Source: Patescibacteria group bacterium
GTDB lineage: Bacteria > Patescibacteriota > Minisyncoccia > Phycocordibacterales > PALSA-1337
DNA length: 64,000 bases
Reading direction: 5' to 3'
NCBI GenBank assembly: GCA_018971685.1
Contig: JAGXAG010000001.1
Span: 19,162 to 83,161, forward strand
A program made the position numbers and the translations under genes. The notes under the pieces are model-generated. The model was given only the letters and a program-made list of their open reading frames with translations. It made no database searches and had not been told where the DNA came from. Shown piece by piece: positions 29,070 to 37,943 of the stretch; the first letter of the stretch is position 1, and every line of letters begins with the position of its first letter.

Positions 29070-29708
29070 TTATGTTATTTGTATCGGCTTCTCGGTCTCG
29101 CCGGGGTTGAATAACTTATAGAACAATTCTACCACTTCTTCCGTGCCCAATTCCGCGGTTCTGATGCCGCATCTGACCAGTCCCTGTTCGACCACTGAGA
29201 CTCTCTGTTCCAGTTGCGTGCGGTATTCATTGAACTGTTCGTCCGGGGTCGGCCCCTGGCCGCCGTTTTTCCGACCGGGCAGGAATTTTGAAACAGGGTT
29301 TTTGCTCGCGGTCATGATCGGCGGGTCATAAGGTACGACAACGAAGAAGCTCTTGGTCATAATGTTGGTGTTTTCGACGAAAGTCTTGATGAAGTCTATG
29401 TATTCGCGGACCTGGATCTTCATCAGCTCGGTAGTCTGTTCTTTGTACCGCCCTTCCAACAGGGCGATATACGGCCGTATGTCTAGCTTCTTCGATTGCA
29501 CGAATATTTGCACCGAAAAATCCAGCGAATTCAGGAAATTCTGGAACTGGAACATGATGGAATTTTGTTCATCGGCGGACTTCAGGGCGAAATTCAAGGA
29601 CGATGCCAAGACGACGGATCTCATGCCGCCGTTACGCAGGATGATCACACCGTCGCGAATTTCGCGGATTGGCACGAAGTCTTGGGTTGTTTGTGATTTG
29701 GTGGCCAT
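29070..29708 (-). CDS. VirB4 N-terminal/TraC-like T4SS accessory protein
   Basis: TQDFVPIREIRDG, SLNFALKS..EQ, FQNFLNSLDF; start MATKS overlaps the PrgI stop. Confidence 0.85.
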   Translation of the reverse strand: MATKSQTTQDFVPIREIRDGVIILRNGGMRSVVLASSLNFALKSADEQNSIMFQFQNFLNSLDFSVQIFVQSKKLDIRPYIALLEGRYKEQTTELMKIQVREYIDFIKTFVENTNIMTKSFFVVVPYDPPIMTASKNPVSKFLPGRKNGGQGPTPDEQFNEYRTQLEQRVSVVEQGLVRCGIRTAELGTEEVVELFYKLFNPGETEKPIQIT

Positions 29709-30145
29709 TATTTCTGGTTCTTGTTCGAATAAACGCTCTCTTTGATATCCAGACTCCACGCCAAGTCTTTCAATTTGCTGTCGGATATTTTCGGCACCAT
29801 TACGGAAGCGTAATTCCGGATCTCTTTTGCGGCGGCTTGGCCGCTTGCCGGCGGCTTCTTGTCTTCTTTTTTCCATATGTACAGCTTGCCCCCCCGCCAA
29901 TATTTGAACGCCGACTCGGCGACACTCAACAACGGGAAGTGGTTGTAGACTTTGTAGAAAGCGAGCGCCGCGGATACGGCCATTATTACAAGCATTGGGA
30001 TCAAAGCCAATGCCAAGTTGCCGATGATGACATAGGTTATGAATGACAAGCCTCCCCCGCCGGCCAGGTATATGAATTGCTTCAAGGTGAGCGGGCCGAA
30101 AATTTTGTCCTCTACCTCTATGAATTGGGGAACTTGGAAGCGCAT
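29708..30145 (-). CDS. prgI: PrgI-family (VirB3-like) protein
   Basis: MRFQVPQFIEVEDKIFGPLTLKQFIYL plus two TM segments. Confidence 0.92.
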   Translation of the reverse strand: MRFQVPQFIEVEDKIFGPLTLKQFIYLAGGGGLSFITYVIIGNLALALIPMLVIMAVSAALAFYKVYNHFPLLSVAESAFKYWRGGKLYIWKKEDKKPPASGQAAAKEIRNYASVMVPKISDSKLKDLAWSLDIKESVYSNKNQK

Positions 30146-30216
30146 TGATTATATTATAGCGGAATATTCGGTTTAACGCTCTCGTTTGTTGCCGTACATG
30201 TATATTTGGTGGGGAT

Positions 30217-30987
30217 TTATTGTATGGGTTCGCGATACGGATCTTTCTCGTAAGGTTTATTTTTCACCCCTGCCTCTTTTGGTTGCTCCATTTGCTTTTT
30301 CACCTCCACCGGCAAATTCGCCGGCACGGTACCTTTTTGTTGTTCCTCATCCTCTTTCACATCCACCGCGCCCTTTTTCTCGTCCGACACAATTCTCGTA
30401 ACCTTTTCCGTGACTGTCGCGGTCGTGTTTGCCAACAAGTGGTCGACTATCGGGTCCGTATGTTCCTCATCCTTCCAAATTTTTCCATATCTACCGCCCC
30501 CGCCCCCGATTTCATTGCCGTTATCGTTGCCATTTCCGCCATCATTGTCACTCTCGTCCTTCACGATCTCAAATTCCCCCGCCCGCTCCACCGCCGCAAT
30601 ATCGCGTTCTTTCTGCGCGGTGTTCGGGGAATATATTTTTTGTTCCAGTCCATCTTCCGGAGTGATTTGTTCCTCCATTTTTTGCAGGTGCTGTCGAATA
30701 GGATTAAATACTTCCGAATTGATGTCAGTGGCGATTTCCAACGCCGTTTTTCTGTCTATTGAACATCTCGATGCCATATGGCTTGTAAAATCAGCCGATC
30801 TTGCCAAACCCAACATCACCAATCCCACTTCGTCGACCAATTCTCCCGTCTGATCTATCAACAGTCCGTGTTTTTTCGCCACAGCTTCGATTTTGTCATT
30901 CATTTCCGTAGAAGTTATTGCCTCCCGCACTTCCGCCGGGAGCTTTTCAAACTGATTTTGTATTTCTTCTGAAGTAAATTGTCTCAT
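30217..30987 (-). CDS. Conserved CPR hypothetical protein
   Basis: FEKLPAEVREAI N-terminal domain, disordered middle, C-terminal DPYREPI motif. Confidence 0.75.
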   Translation of the reverse strand: MRQFTSEEIQNQFEKLPAEVREAITSTEMNDKIEAVAKKHGLLIDQTGELVDEVGLVMLGLARSADFTSHMASRCSIDRKTALEIATDINSEVFNPIRQHLQKMEEQITPEDGLEQKIYSPNTAQKERDIAAVERAGEFEIVKDESDNDGGNGNDNGNEIGGGGGRYGKIWKDEEHTDPIVDHLLANTTATVTEKVTRIVSDEKKGAVDVKEDEEQQKGTVPANLPVEVKKQMEQPKEAGVKNKPYEKDPYREPIQ

Positions 30988-32891
30988 GTTTTTGGTTTTT
31001 CTTCTTTCCTTTCGCCTCCTCCACCCTCCTCCTCTTTCAGTTTATCTTGCAAGGCCTTTGCAAGTTTGGCCATGTCTTTTCCACCCTTCACTTTCTCGCC
31101 CTCATCTATATCCTTCTGTATTTCATCAAGCTGTTTCTGATATTTTTCTACGATTTTAGCCCTTTGTTCTTTCAGGCTCTTCACTTTTTCTAACTCAGAC
31201 TCGTCTTCTGTGGCCTCAGCGATATTCTGTGCGTACGCAATTTGCTTATCTAATTCTCCCGTCTCTTCTTTAATCTTTGCATTTATCTCAGCTCTTTTTC
31301 CATAGTTCTTTTTAAGATTATCAGCTAACGAATCGCGAGATAATTTCGTAGCTGATTCGCGAGCGCCTCTGCTAGTCAACATTCCGTAGAAGACGCTTCT
31401 CTTTGGCAGATTCTGTCTAAATCCTTCTTGTGCTCTTTCGGCTCTTTCTTTTGCCGCATTGAATTCCGCATCGGTAGTGTAATCGCTTCTTTCTACTTCT
31501 CCAAGTCTCTTATGCATAGCCTCGATATCTTTCTTTTCTTTCTTTAGGGCGGCATCATATCCGCCTTTCTTCCCACCAAATCCAGCCGAACTCACCTTCG
31601 ACAACCCCTTTGAAACCATCATGCCCGTCGCAGGACTAAAGGCCGCAAGACGAGCCACGGCGCCACTTTTATTTAATGCATAAGCAGCTTGGCCTGCAGT
31701 ATTTCTTCCAATAAATTCTCCAACCCTACTTCTGGCCCAGTTGCTGAATTTACCGGTTATTGTCCCCGATGCTCCAGAAAACTGCAGTGCGGTTGCAAGC
31801 GGAATGTTTATGAGGAAGATAGATACGGCAAAACCGACGAATAGTTGTAGATACGGCACATACCAGTAAGTGCCGGTGGTTCCGACCAAACCGGTTTGTT
31901 GTCCCAGACTGCTCAGGTTCATAGCCATCATGAGTTGTACTACCACATAGGTGAGAAAGAGATAGACCGGTAGAAAGATCAGATTGGCTTTCAAATGATT
32001 CCACCATTTTCCAGACATTTCTTTTTGTATTTGTGGTAGAACAAAACCGGCAATCCACAGAGGAGAAAATGCTAGTAGAAGGATCAGAATAACTACACGC
32101 CAAAGGGCCGCCGCGGCCGCGCCTATGAAGCTAAGTCCTGCGAAAATTGTAACCACAATTGCCGCAGAGTTGATCAAAATAAGGCGAATGCCGGCGTCTA
32201 TTCGAGTTCCCATGTTTTGTAATTGTCCTTTGTTTCCCCACCACTGCGTAACATCTAATGCACCCATGAATACATTTGCTATGCCGCCGTTTCCGTTTAT
32301 GCTCGTGATTGCCCCGATAGAGCAGGTAATATAAGTATTCACCCCAGCATTATTTTCACATGAGGATAGAGAGGCAGATGAAGACATGGCATTGTAAAAC
32401 TCCAATGACACAATATTTGAAGCGTCGATAAGCACTCTGGTAAAAAAGAAGCTGAAATTAATCAAGATGCCGGCAATGACTATATTCTTTATAAGGGTAC
32501 CCCAGCTGGCCGGTTTCAAGTCAAGGATCATCTGTATGGCGGCGATCAATATCAGAAAGATCAAAACCATTGTAGCTAGATCCCTTACAGTTCCCCATAT
32601 CTGGAATATTGCCGGAGTGTTATTTATGAATACACCCAAGTGAGTTGTAAGATACATAGCAAAATTCAAGACAACAGCAGCTAGAGAAAGTCCGAAGCTA
32701 ACTATTGTGAGAGCGAAATATATTAGATAACCGATAACTTGTAACGCGAATCCAATGGTTAAATCTTGAAGTCCTAAATATCCCGACACGGCTTGTGCCA
32801 ATTGTGCATTTGCCACATGCCAACTTCCTATCCACGCAAAAATCACCATAGATATTACGGGAACAATTTTTTTGTAATTTATCTTGGGCAT
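30984..32891 (-). CDS. VirB6/TrbL-like polytopic membrane protein
   Basis: WGTVRDLA, ILINFSFFFTRVLIDASN, RVVILILLLAFSPL, C-terminal coiled coil. Confidence 0.8.
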   Translation of the reverse strand: MPKINYKKIVPVISMVIFAWIGSWHVANAQLAQAVSGYLGLQDLTIGFALQVIGYLIYFALTIVSFGLSLAAVVLNFAMYLTTHLGVFINNTPAIFQIWGTVRDLATMVLIFLILIAAIQMILDLKPASWGTLIKNIVIAGILINFSFFFTRVLIDASNIVSLEFYNAMSSSASLSSCENNAGVNTYITCSIGAITSINGNGGIANVFMGALDVTQWWGNKGQLQNMGTRIDAGIRLILINSAAIVVTIFAGLSFIGAAAAALWRVVILILLLAFSPLWIAGFVLPQIQKEMSGKWWNHLKANLIFLPVYLFLTYVVVQLMMAMNLSSLGQQTGLVGTTGTYWYVPYLQLFVGFAVSIFLINIPLATALQFSGASGTITGKFSNWARSRVGEFIGRNTAGQAAYALNKSGAVARLAAFSPATGMMVSKGLSKVSSAGFGGKKGGYDAALKKEKKDIEAMHKRLGEVERSDYTTDAEFNAAKERAERAQEGFRQNLPKRSVFYGMLTSRGARESATKLSRDSLADNLKKNYGKRAEINAKIKEETGELDKQIAYAQNIAEATEDESELEKVKSLKEQRAKIVEKYQKQLDEIQKDIDEGEKVKGGKDMAKLAKALQDKLKEEEGGGGERKEEKPKT

Positions 32892-32893
32892 GA

Positions 32894-34567
32894 TTATCGA
32901 TTAAACAAGAACGAACTCCCCGCGCTATCGGGGAAACTGTCGCAGGATTGCTGGAACTTAGCCGCTTCGTCGGCGAACGGCTTCAGGGCATCTTGGACGG
33001 TCTTAAGGTCAGTTTGTGAACCTTGAACATCGTCCTGTGATATGTACAAGGAAGAAACATAAGTCGAATTGTCTGATCCGCTCGCACCTGAACCGTTAAA
33101 TCGTGTAGAAATAGCATTGATATCGTCTACGGTCGAGGCTGAGTTTATGTCGGAAATCAATTGCTTCGCAGCTACGACTTTTTGGTCGGCCGCCGCCATT
33201 TTCACTCCGTAAATGGTTTCTAACGGCTCAACTTTCGTAGCAATGGCCGAATCGATAGCCGCCATCTGCCCACGCGCATAATTCAAGGCTGCCTGGTTAA
33301 CGAAGGCTGTTTGTGTTGTAGAGCCGACTTTGCCGTCAAAGCAAGTCTTTGCTGCCGAGTACTGATTTTTGGTTGCGGTGATAGAGTCGGTAATTTGCTT
33401 GTAAGTTTGGTCGTATTGTGAAGCGAGCGAATAATAGTCGTTTGCCGCGGACAAAATGGATTGTTTGGCGCTTGCGAGTTGCTCGTTTTGCGATTGTTGT
33501 TGCAATTGATAAATAGCGCCAGGCAAGCCACTACTTCCTCCCGGGCTACTGGCAGTATGCAAACCGCCGGTCAGAACTTTGGTTACTAGTTGTCCGAACA
33601 ATGCTCCGACCACTTCGTTTATGGAATTGGCCAAGTTTAGCTGATCCTGCGGAATGCCCAAGGATTTGTTGATGGAACCGGCGATAACCGATCCCGGCGT
33701 CTGTGTTTCGCAATCTTGGTAGCTGACGGTTCCGTCTTTGTTCTGTTGTCTCGTAAGCCCCGCGTTCTCGTACGACATGGCCGTGTTATAGTTATCCGGC
33801 GAGAGGTCGTTCGGGTCTATAGTATCCACCGTTTGACATTTCTGCCAGGACAAGAACCCGCCACCTTGGGCCAATTGCTCGTGATATTGTCCTTGTTTTG
33901 ACGATATCCTAGACAAAAGGTCACTTTGGGCCACGAGATATGCACCAACCGGATTATTCTGCGGCTGGGTAGTCATGGTTATGAATGCCGGCCAGCCGCC
34001 CTGCTTGAAATCACCGTTCATAAAGCCCTGAATGCTGTAACCGTTAACCGTCGAATTTGCCACGCTCTGAATGACGGTGGATAAGGTGCAAGTGTAGCGC
34101 GGATACAAGTTAGCTTGTCCCAAAGCGAGTGCCAAGCGTATGTCGACATTGAACGGCGTACACAAATTCGCCAGTATGCCGGTCTGAGCTATGAAGTCTC
34201 CAGTTACCTGATCGGCCACATCAAGGAAAAAAGCTTGTGGATTTGTCAAAAACGCCGGATTGCCTTGAAAACCAGAATTAATCCAATTGACTACGCTAGT
34301 CGTGACCTCTTGGAGCGCAATCTTCGCCACTGTCCAAGCCACGCCATCCCAGGTGCATTTGGCACTTTTCATTGCGTCAGTGCTGTTGTCTTGTACTGGT
34401 ACCCTCTGGCTGAAGCTCACATTCAGACTTTTGCAACCGAACAAGCTACCCAGTTGCGCGTGTGCTGGGACCGGGTTGAAAATTAATACTGTCGCCAGCA
34501 TAGGCATAATTGCCGCAATCAGGCACAACGAGGCAAGCAGTGAATTTTGGCCATCAGATTTGAACAT
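32894..34567 (-). CDS. Secreted Cys-containing T4SS-cluster protein
   Basis: Signal peptide, VVNWINSGFQGNPAF, LCTPF, F.QGGW, TPGSVI, helical tail. Confidence 0.72.
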   Translation of the reverse strand: MFKSDGQNSLLASLCLIAAIMPMLATVLIFNPVPAHAQLGSLFGCKSLNVSFSQRVPVQDNSTDAMKSAKCTWDGVAWTVAKIALQEVTTSVVNWINSGFQGNPAFLTNPQAFFLDVADQVTGDFIAQTGILANLCTPFNVDIRLALALGQANLYPRYTCTLSTVIQSVANSTVNGYSIQGFMNGDFKQGGWPAFITMTTQPQNNPVGAYLVAQSDLLSRISSKQGQYHEQLAQGGGFLSWQKCQTVDTIDPNDLSPDNYNTAMSYENAGLTRQQNKDGTVSYQDCETQTPGSVIAGSINKSLGIPQDQLNLANSINEVVGALFGQLVTKVLTGGLHTASSPGGSSGLPGAIYQLQQQSQNEQLASAKQSILSAANDYYSLASQYDQTYKQITDSITATKNQYSAAKTCFDGKVGSTTQTAFVNQAALNYARGQMAAIDSAIATKVEPLETIYGVKMAAADQKVVAAKQLISDINSASTVDDINAISTRFNGSGASGSDNSTYVSSLYISQDDVQGSQTDLKTVQDALKPFADEAAKFQQSCDSFPDSAGSSFLFNR

Positions 34568-34569
34568 GA

Positions 34570-35469
34570 CTATTGAATGAGTGTATTCATAATATCTTGA
34601 TTAAAATCAAACGATACACCATGTACTTTGAGCGAGTCAGTCATACCTTTTAGAGCGTCAACCAAGTCTTGTATTCCTTTCGGGTGGGCGCTTACGCCGG
34701 CCAAGCCCTTAACAGGATCAGCCGCAAGCGATCTCAATTGTTCGGCCGCGAATTCAAGCGTGGCAAAAGCGTTGATCAACGCGGCGTCTTGTGAAGACAA
34801 CTCTTGTGGTACTGGTACATTCAACAGTTCGGAAACTATGCGTTTATAAGCGACGACAATGGGATCTATCCCTCCAAGAACCGACGGATCGTTGTTCGTC
34901 AGATATTCCTGAACCACGGCCGATTCATTTTTCGTCACATCGTACGAATTGATTATGCCGACCAGCGCATTGCTGAACGCCTGCACGGAAGCAGCATCGG
35001 TCGCGCCTGTTATGCGAAGATCATCCGCGGTATAAGTCTTCGGCGGAGAATCGTTAAACGATGAGTTGACTGTATTTGCCATGGCCTGGCTTATCATATC
35101 AGAATTGGTGTCAAGCCCGGCCTGCTTCAACATCGTGTATCTGGAAAAGAAATCGCGCCCAAGCCTATCTGTATCAGTCAAAACGGCGCGGTTATTCGTG
35201 TTCGATACACTTGACCTGTAGTTTATCGTTTTTCCGGTCGAGGGAGCCGTTGTTGTACCGCTATCAAAAAATTCCTTTTGCCAATTTGCCGACGAGTTGT
35301 CCGCCGAGATTTTATAGTCGTAATGGGCCGATGCCGCCAAGTCCGGCCGGCTTTGCGCGTCCGCGGAACCTATTTGCCCGGAATTCACATAAGCAGCCAC
35401 GCCTATTACAATTGCGGCGCTTGCGACGAATACGAATATCGTTTGTCGGCGCGAGTAGAAAGACACCAT
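34570..35469 (-). CDS. Membrane-anchored helical hypothetical protein (first gene of T4SS operon)
   Basis: N-terminal TM; start MVSFY lies a few nt after TATAAT. Confidence 0.7.
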   Translation of the reverse strand: MVSFYSRRQTIFVFVASAAIVIGVAAYVNSGQIGSADAQSRPDLAASAHYDYKISADNSSANWQKEFFDSGTTTAPSTGKTINYRSSVSNTNNRAVLTDTDRLGRDFFSRYTMLKQAGLDTNSDMISQAMANTVNSSFNDSPPKTYTADDLRITGATDAASVQAFSNALVGIINSYDVTKNESAVVQEYLTNNDPSVLGGIDPIVVAYKRIVSELLNVPVPQELSSQDAALINAFATLEFAAEQLRSLAADPVKGLAGVSAHPKGIQDLVDALKGMTDSLKVHGVSFDFNQDIMNTLIQ

Positions 35470-35564
35470 AATATTATTATACCAAAGCAAGGATCAAAAC
35501 GATTGAATCGTGGGGATAACAAGCGCCGCGGCTAAATATTCTGCGGTCTGATATAATCATAGTT

Positions 35565-36623
35565 ATGGCCAAGCGCGCGCGATTTAACATACTGATAATT
35601 ATTGCGGCATGTGTTGTATTTACCGGTACGACTTACGCCTCCGGAATATTTGCGAGAAACCTGTCCATAGGCATGAGCGGCGCAGATGTCGAAAAACTGC
35701 AACAATTGCTGAATTCCGATCCTACCACAGCGGTTTCTTCTTACGGGCCCGGTTCCGCCGGCGCCGAGACTGATTATTTTGGCGCAAAAACGGCCGCGGC
35801 TGTAGCCAAATTCCAGGAAAAATACGCGCGAGATATCCTTACGCCGGCGAGATTGTCTTATGGCACCGGATATGTCGGGCCGCTGACGCGGGCAAAATTG
35901 GAGACTGTCGCCGCGAAACTGTTTCAGCCGACAGTCTCGACGGCTTCGTCAGGCCCCGCGGTGCCAGAAGCAACGGCTTACGCTGAAGCTCAAGATGTCT
36001 CGACATTGCAAAAGTCACTGGCGCGCGGTGTCATACCGCAGTGGGCAGCTTTCGCAGCTCTACATGCTGACGATTTGTTGATATTCGGACTTTCCAATGA
36101 TAAAGTAAAACCGGGCGATATACTCGTCGTTTCCGGTTTTGGCCTTGATCCCGATACGACAATTCACTTCGGCAACAAGGTTTCAACATCGGTATCAACT
36201 TCATCCGGCAACGAATTGATCGTGAAAATACCATCTATTCCCTACGGTGTGTACGATGTTTGGGTGAGCAACACGCGCGGGACAACCTTGGGTAAGACGC
36301 CGTTCAAGATAACGATTGGTGCGGTTACCGATAACAGACCTATGATTTTTTCCGTATCTCCTACACACGCGACCAGAGACGATGAAGTTACTGTGACTGC
36401 AAAAGGGCTGGATGCATCCGGCAACAATATTTACTCATCTCTTGGTATAATAAAGTCGATATCGTCCAGCGACGGCAAGACGATACGATTCAAAGTTACC
36501 GATTTGCCGAATGCTTACGGTTTTTTCAACAGCCCATCGCTCAATAAATTTACCGTAACTTTTGGAATCAGAACCGGCGACGGATTGAGTGTAAATTACG
36601 GATACTTCATCATTTCAAAATGA
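35565..36623 (+). CDS. Peptidoglycan-binding domain + IPT/TIG domain protein
   Basis: LSIGMSGADVEKLQQLLN...YFGAKTAAAVAKFQ...GYVGPLTR, followed by two Ig-like repeats. Confidence 0.85.
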   Translation: MAKRARFNILIIIAACVVFTGTTYASGIFARNLSIGMSGADVEKLQQLLNSDPTTAVSSYGPGSAGAETDYFGAKTAAAVAKFQEKYARDILTPARLSYGTGYVGPLTRAKLETVAAKLFQPTVSTASSGPAVPEATAYAEAQDVSTLQKSLARGVIPQWAAFAALHADDLLIFGLSNDKVKPGDILVVSGFGLDPDTTIHFGNKVSTSVSTSSGNELIVKIPSIPYGVYDVWVSNTRGTTLGKTPFKITIGAVTDNRPMIFSVSPTHATRDDEVTVTAKGLDASGNNIYSSLGIIKSISSSDGKTIRFKVTDLPNAYGFFNSPSLNKFTVTFGIRTGDGLSVNYGYFIISK

Positions 36624-37153
36624 TTATAAAACAAACCTCATTTGACAGATTTTCGCAGCGAAAGGCGCGGTTTAACCGGCTGTTCGTCTTGGCAGTTATA
36701 AGCATAATGATTTTTTCTCCACTTCACACTCTGGCACAGATGAACAATTTTGACGGAGGCACCCTTCAAGGTATGGATAGCGAATGTTCGTGTTCAGGCG
36801 GCGAGACTATCAAGGTCCAAAGTTATGTAGATGATAGCCAGCATGTGTATCTGTACCAACCGGGTGTGACCACACTTGATATGAATTATAATATCATGTC
36901 AAGCGGCAATTATTTCTTGACGACACTTTTTCCTTTTGCCATGTGTCTGGATGCCAGCGAAGACTGTGAGGGCAGTAGCGGCCAACAGCCGTCAGGCATA
37001 TTTCTGGAAATTGGCACCTCTCTTAGATTCGATAAGAATTCGTTGATGGCGTTTCTGGATCAATTTCCCGGCGCAACACAGTTGTCCGGAGCTGTTACCA
37101 GGGCGTTCTCTCCAAATCAAACCACTTTTCCAAGTTTAAGTCCTCCGCTCTGA
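36620..37153 (+). CDS. Secreted Cys-rich hypothetical protein
   Basis: Signal/TM segment, ECSC and C..C motifs; the 3' end overlaps rsmA by 59 nt. Confidence 0.6.
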   Translation: MIIKQTSFDRFSQRKARFNRLFVLAVISIMIFSPLHTLAQMNNFDGGTLQGMDSECSCSGGETIKVQSYVDDSQHVYLYQPGVTTLDMNYNIMSSGNYFLTTLFPFAMCLDASEDCEGSSGQQPSGIFLEIGTSLRFDKNSLMAFLDQFPGATQLSGAVTRAFSPNQTTFPSLSPPL

Positions 37154-37901
37154 CTTTTTCGCTCAGTGACTTATCACGCCACACGGCGTCAATTCTCTCC
37201 GCGCCAAATATGCCTTCCAAATTATTGCGCAGCAACTTCCTCTTGTGCGCAAAGCCGGCCTTGACGATCCGGAAGAATTTTTCGATTGAGACGCCGTTTT
37301 CTTTGAATCGTTTATCGGAAATGTCCATTATTGAAAGTATCGCCGAATCGACATTCGGCGGCGGATAGAAAGCGCCGCGCGGCACTTTTGCCATGATTTT
37401 CGGCGTGCTGAACGCTTTTACCGAAATTGAAAGAATGCTTTCCTTGCCGTCGCGCGCGATAATTCTTTCCGCCACTTCCTTCTGGACCAACATGACCATT
37501 CTGTTCGGCCGCGGCTCTTTTTCCAAGAATTTCTCCAAGATCGCGCCGGTTATGTAATACGGAATGTTTGCGATCAGCGCATATCCTGCGTTCTCCAATC
37601 CGGTTGCCGTTGGATCAAATACCAAAACATCGCCCCGGATGATTTTAAGATGGCCGTTGGCACATTCGGCGGAGAATTGATCTTTTAGCAATTCCATGGC
37701 TCTCCCATCCTTTTCTATGGCAATAACCTCCGCGCCCGCCGCCAACAATCCACGCGTCAAAAATCCCGTTCCCGGCCCGATTTCCAATACTTTCTCACCC
37801 CGCCTGATGTCAGCCGCCGCCATGATCTGATCCAAAACATGTCTCGAACGCAAAAAATGTTGCCCCAGTGATTTTTTCGGTTTGATTTGTTTAGTTTTCA
37901 T
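37095..37901 (-). CDS. rsmA: 16S rRNA m6,2A dimethyltransferase KsgA
   Basis: KKSLGQHFL, EIGPGTG, ANIPYYIT, QKEVAER, F.PPPNVDS, RAEDL. Confidence 0.96.
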   Translation of the reverse strand: MKTKQIKPKKSLGQHFLRSRHVLDQIMAAADIRRGEKVLEIGPGTGFLTRGLLAAGAEVIAIEKDGRAMELLKDQFSAECANGHLKIIRGDVLVFDPTATGLENAGYALIANIPYYITGAILEKFLEKEPRPNRMVMLVQKEVAERIIARDGKESILSISVKAFSTPKIMAKVPRGAFYPPPNVDSAILSIMDISDKRFKENGVSIEKFFRIVKAGFAHKRKLLRNNLEGIFGAERIDAVWRDKSLSEKVRAEDLNLEKWFDLERTPW

Positions 37902-37943
37902 GAAATGAGAATAACACAAACATCTAGAATTTTCGTCAGCCGC

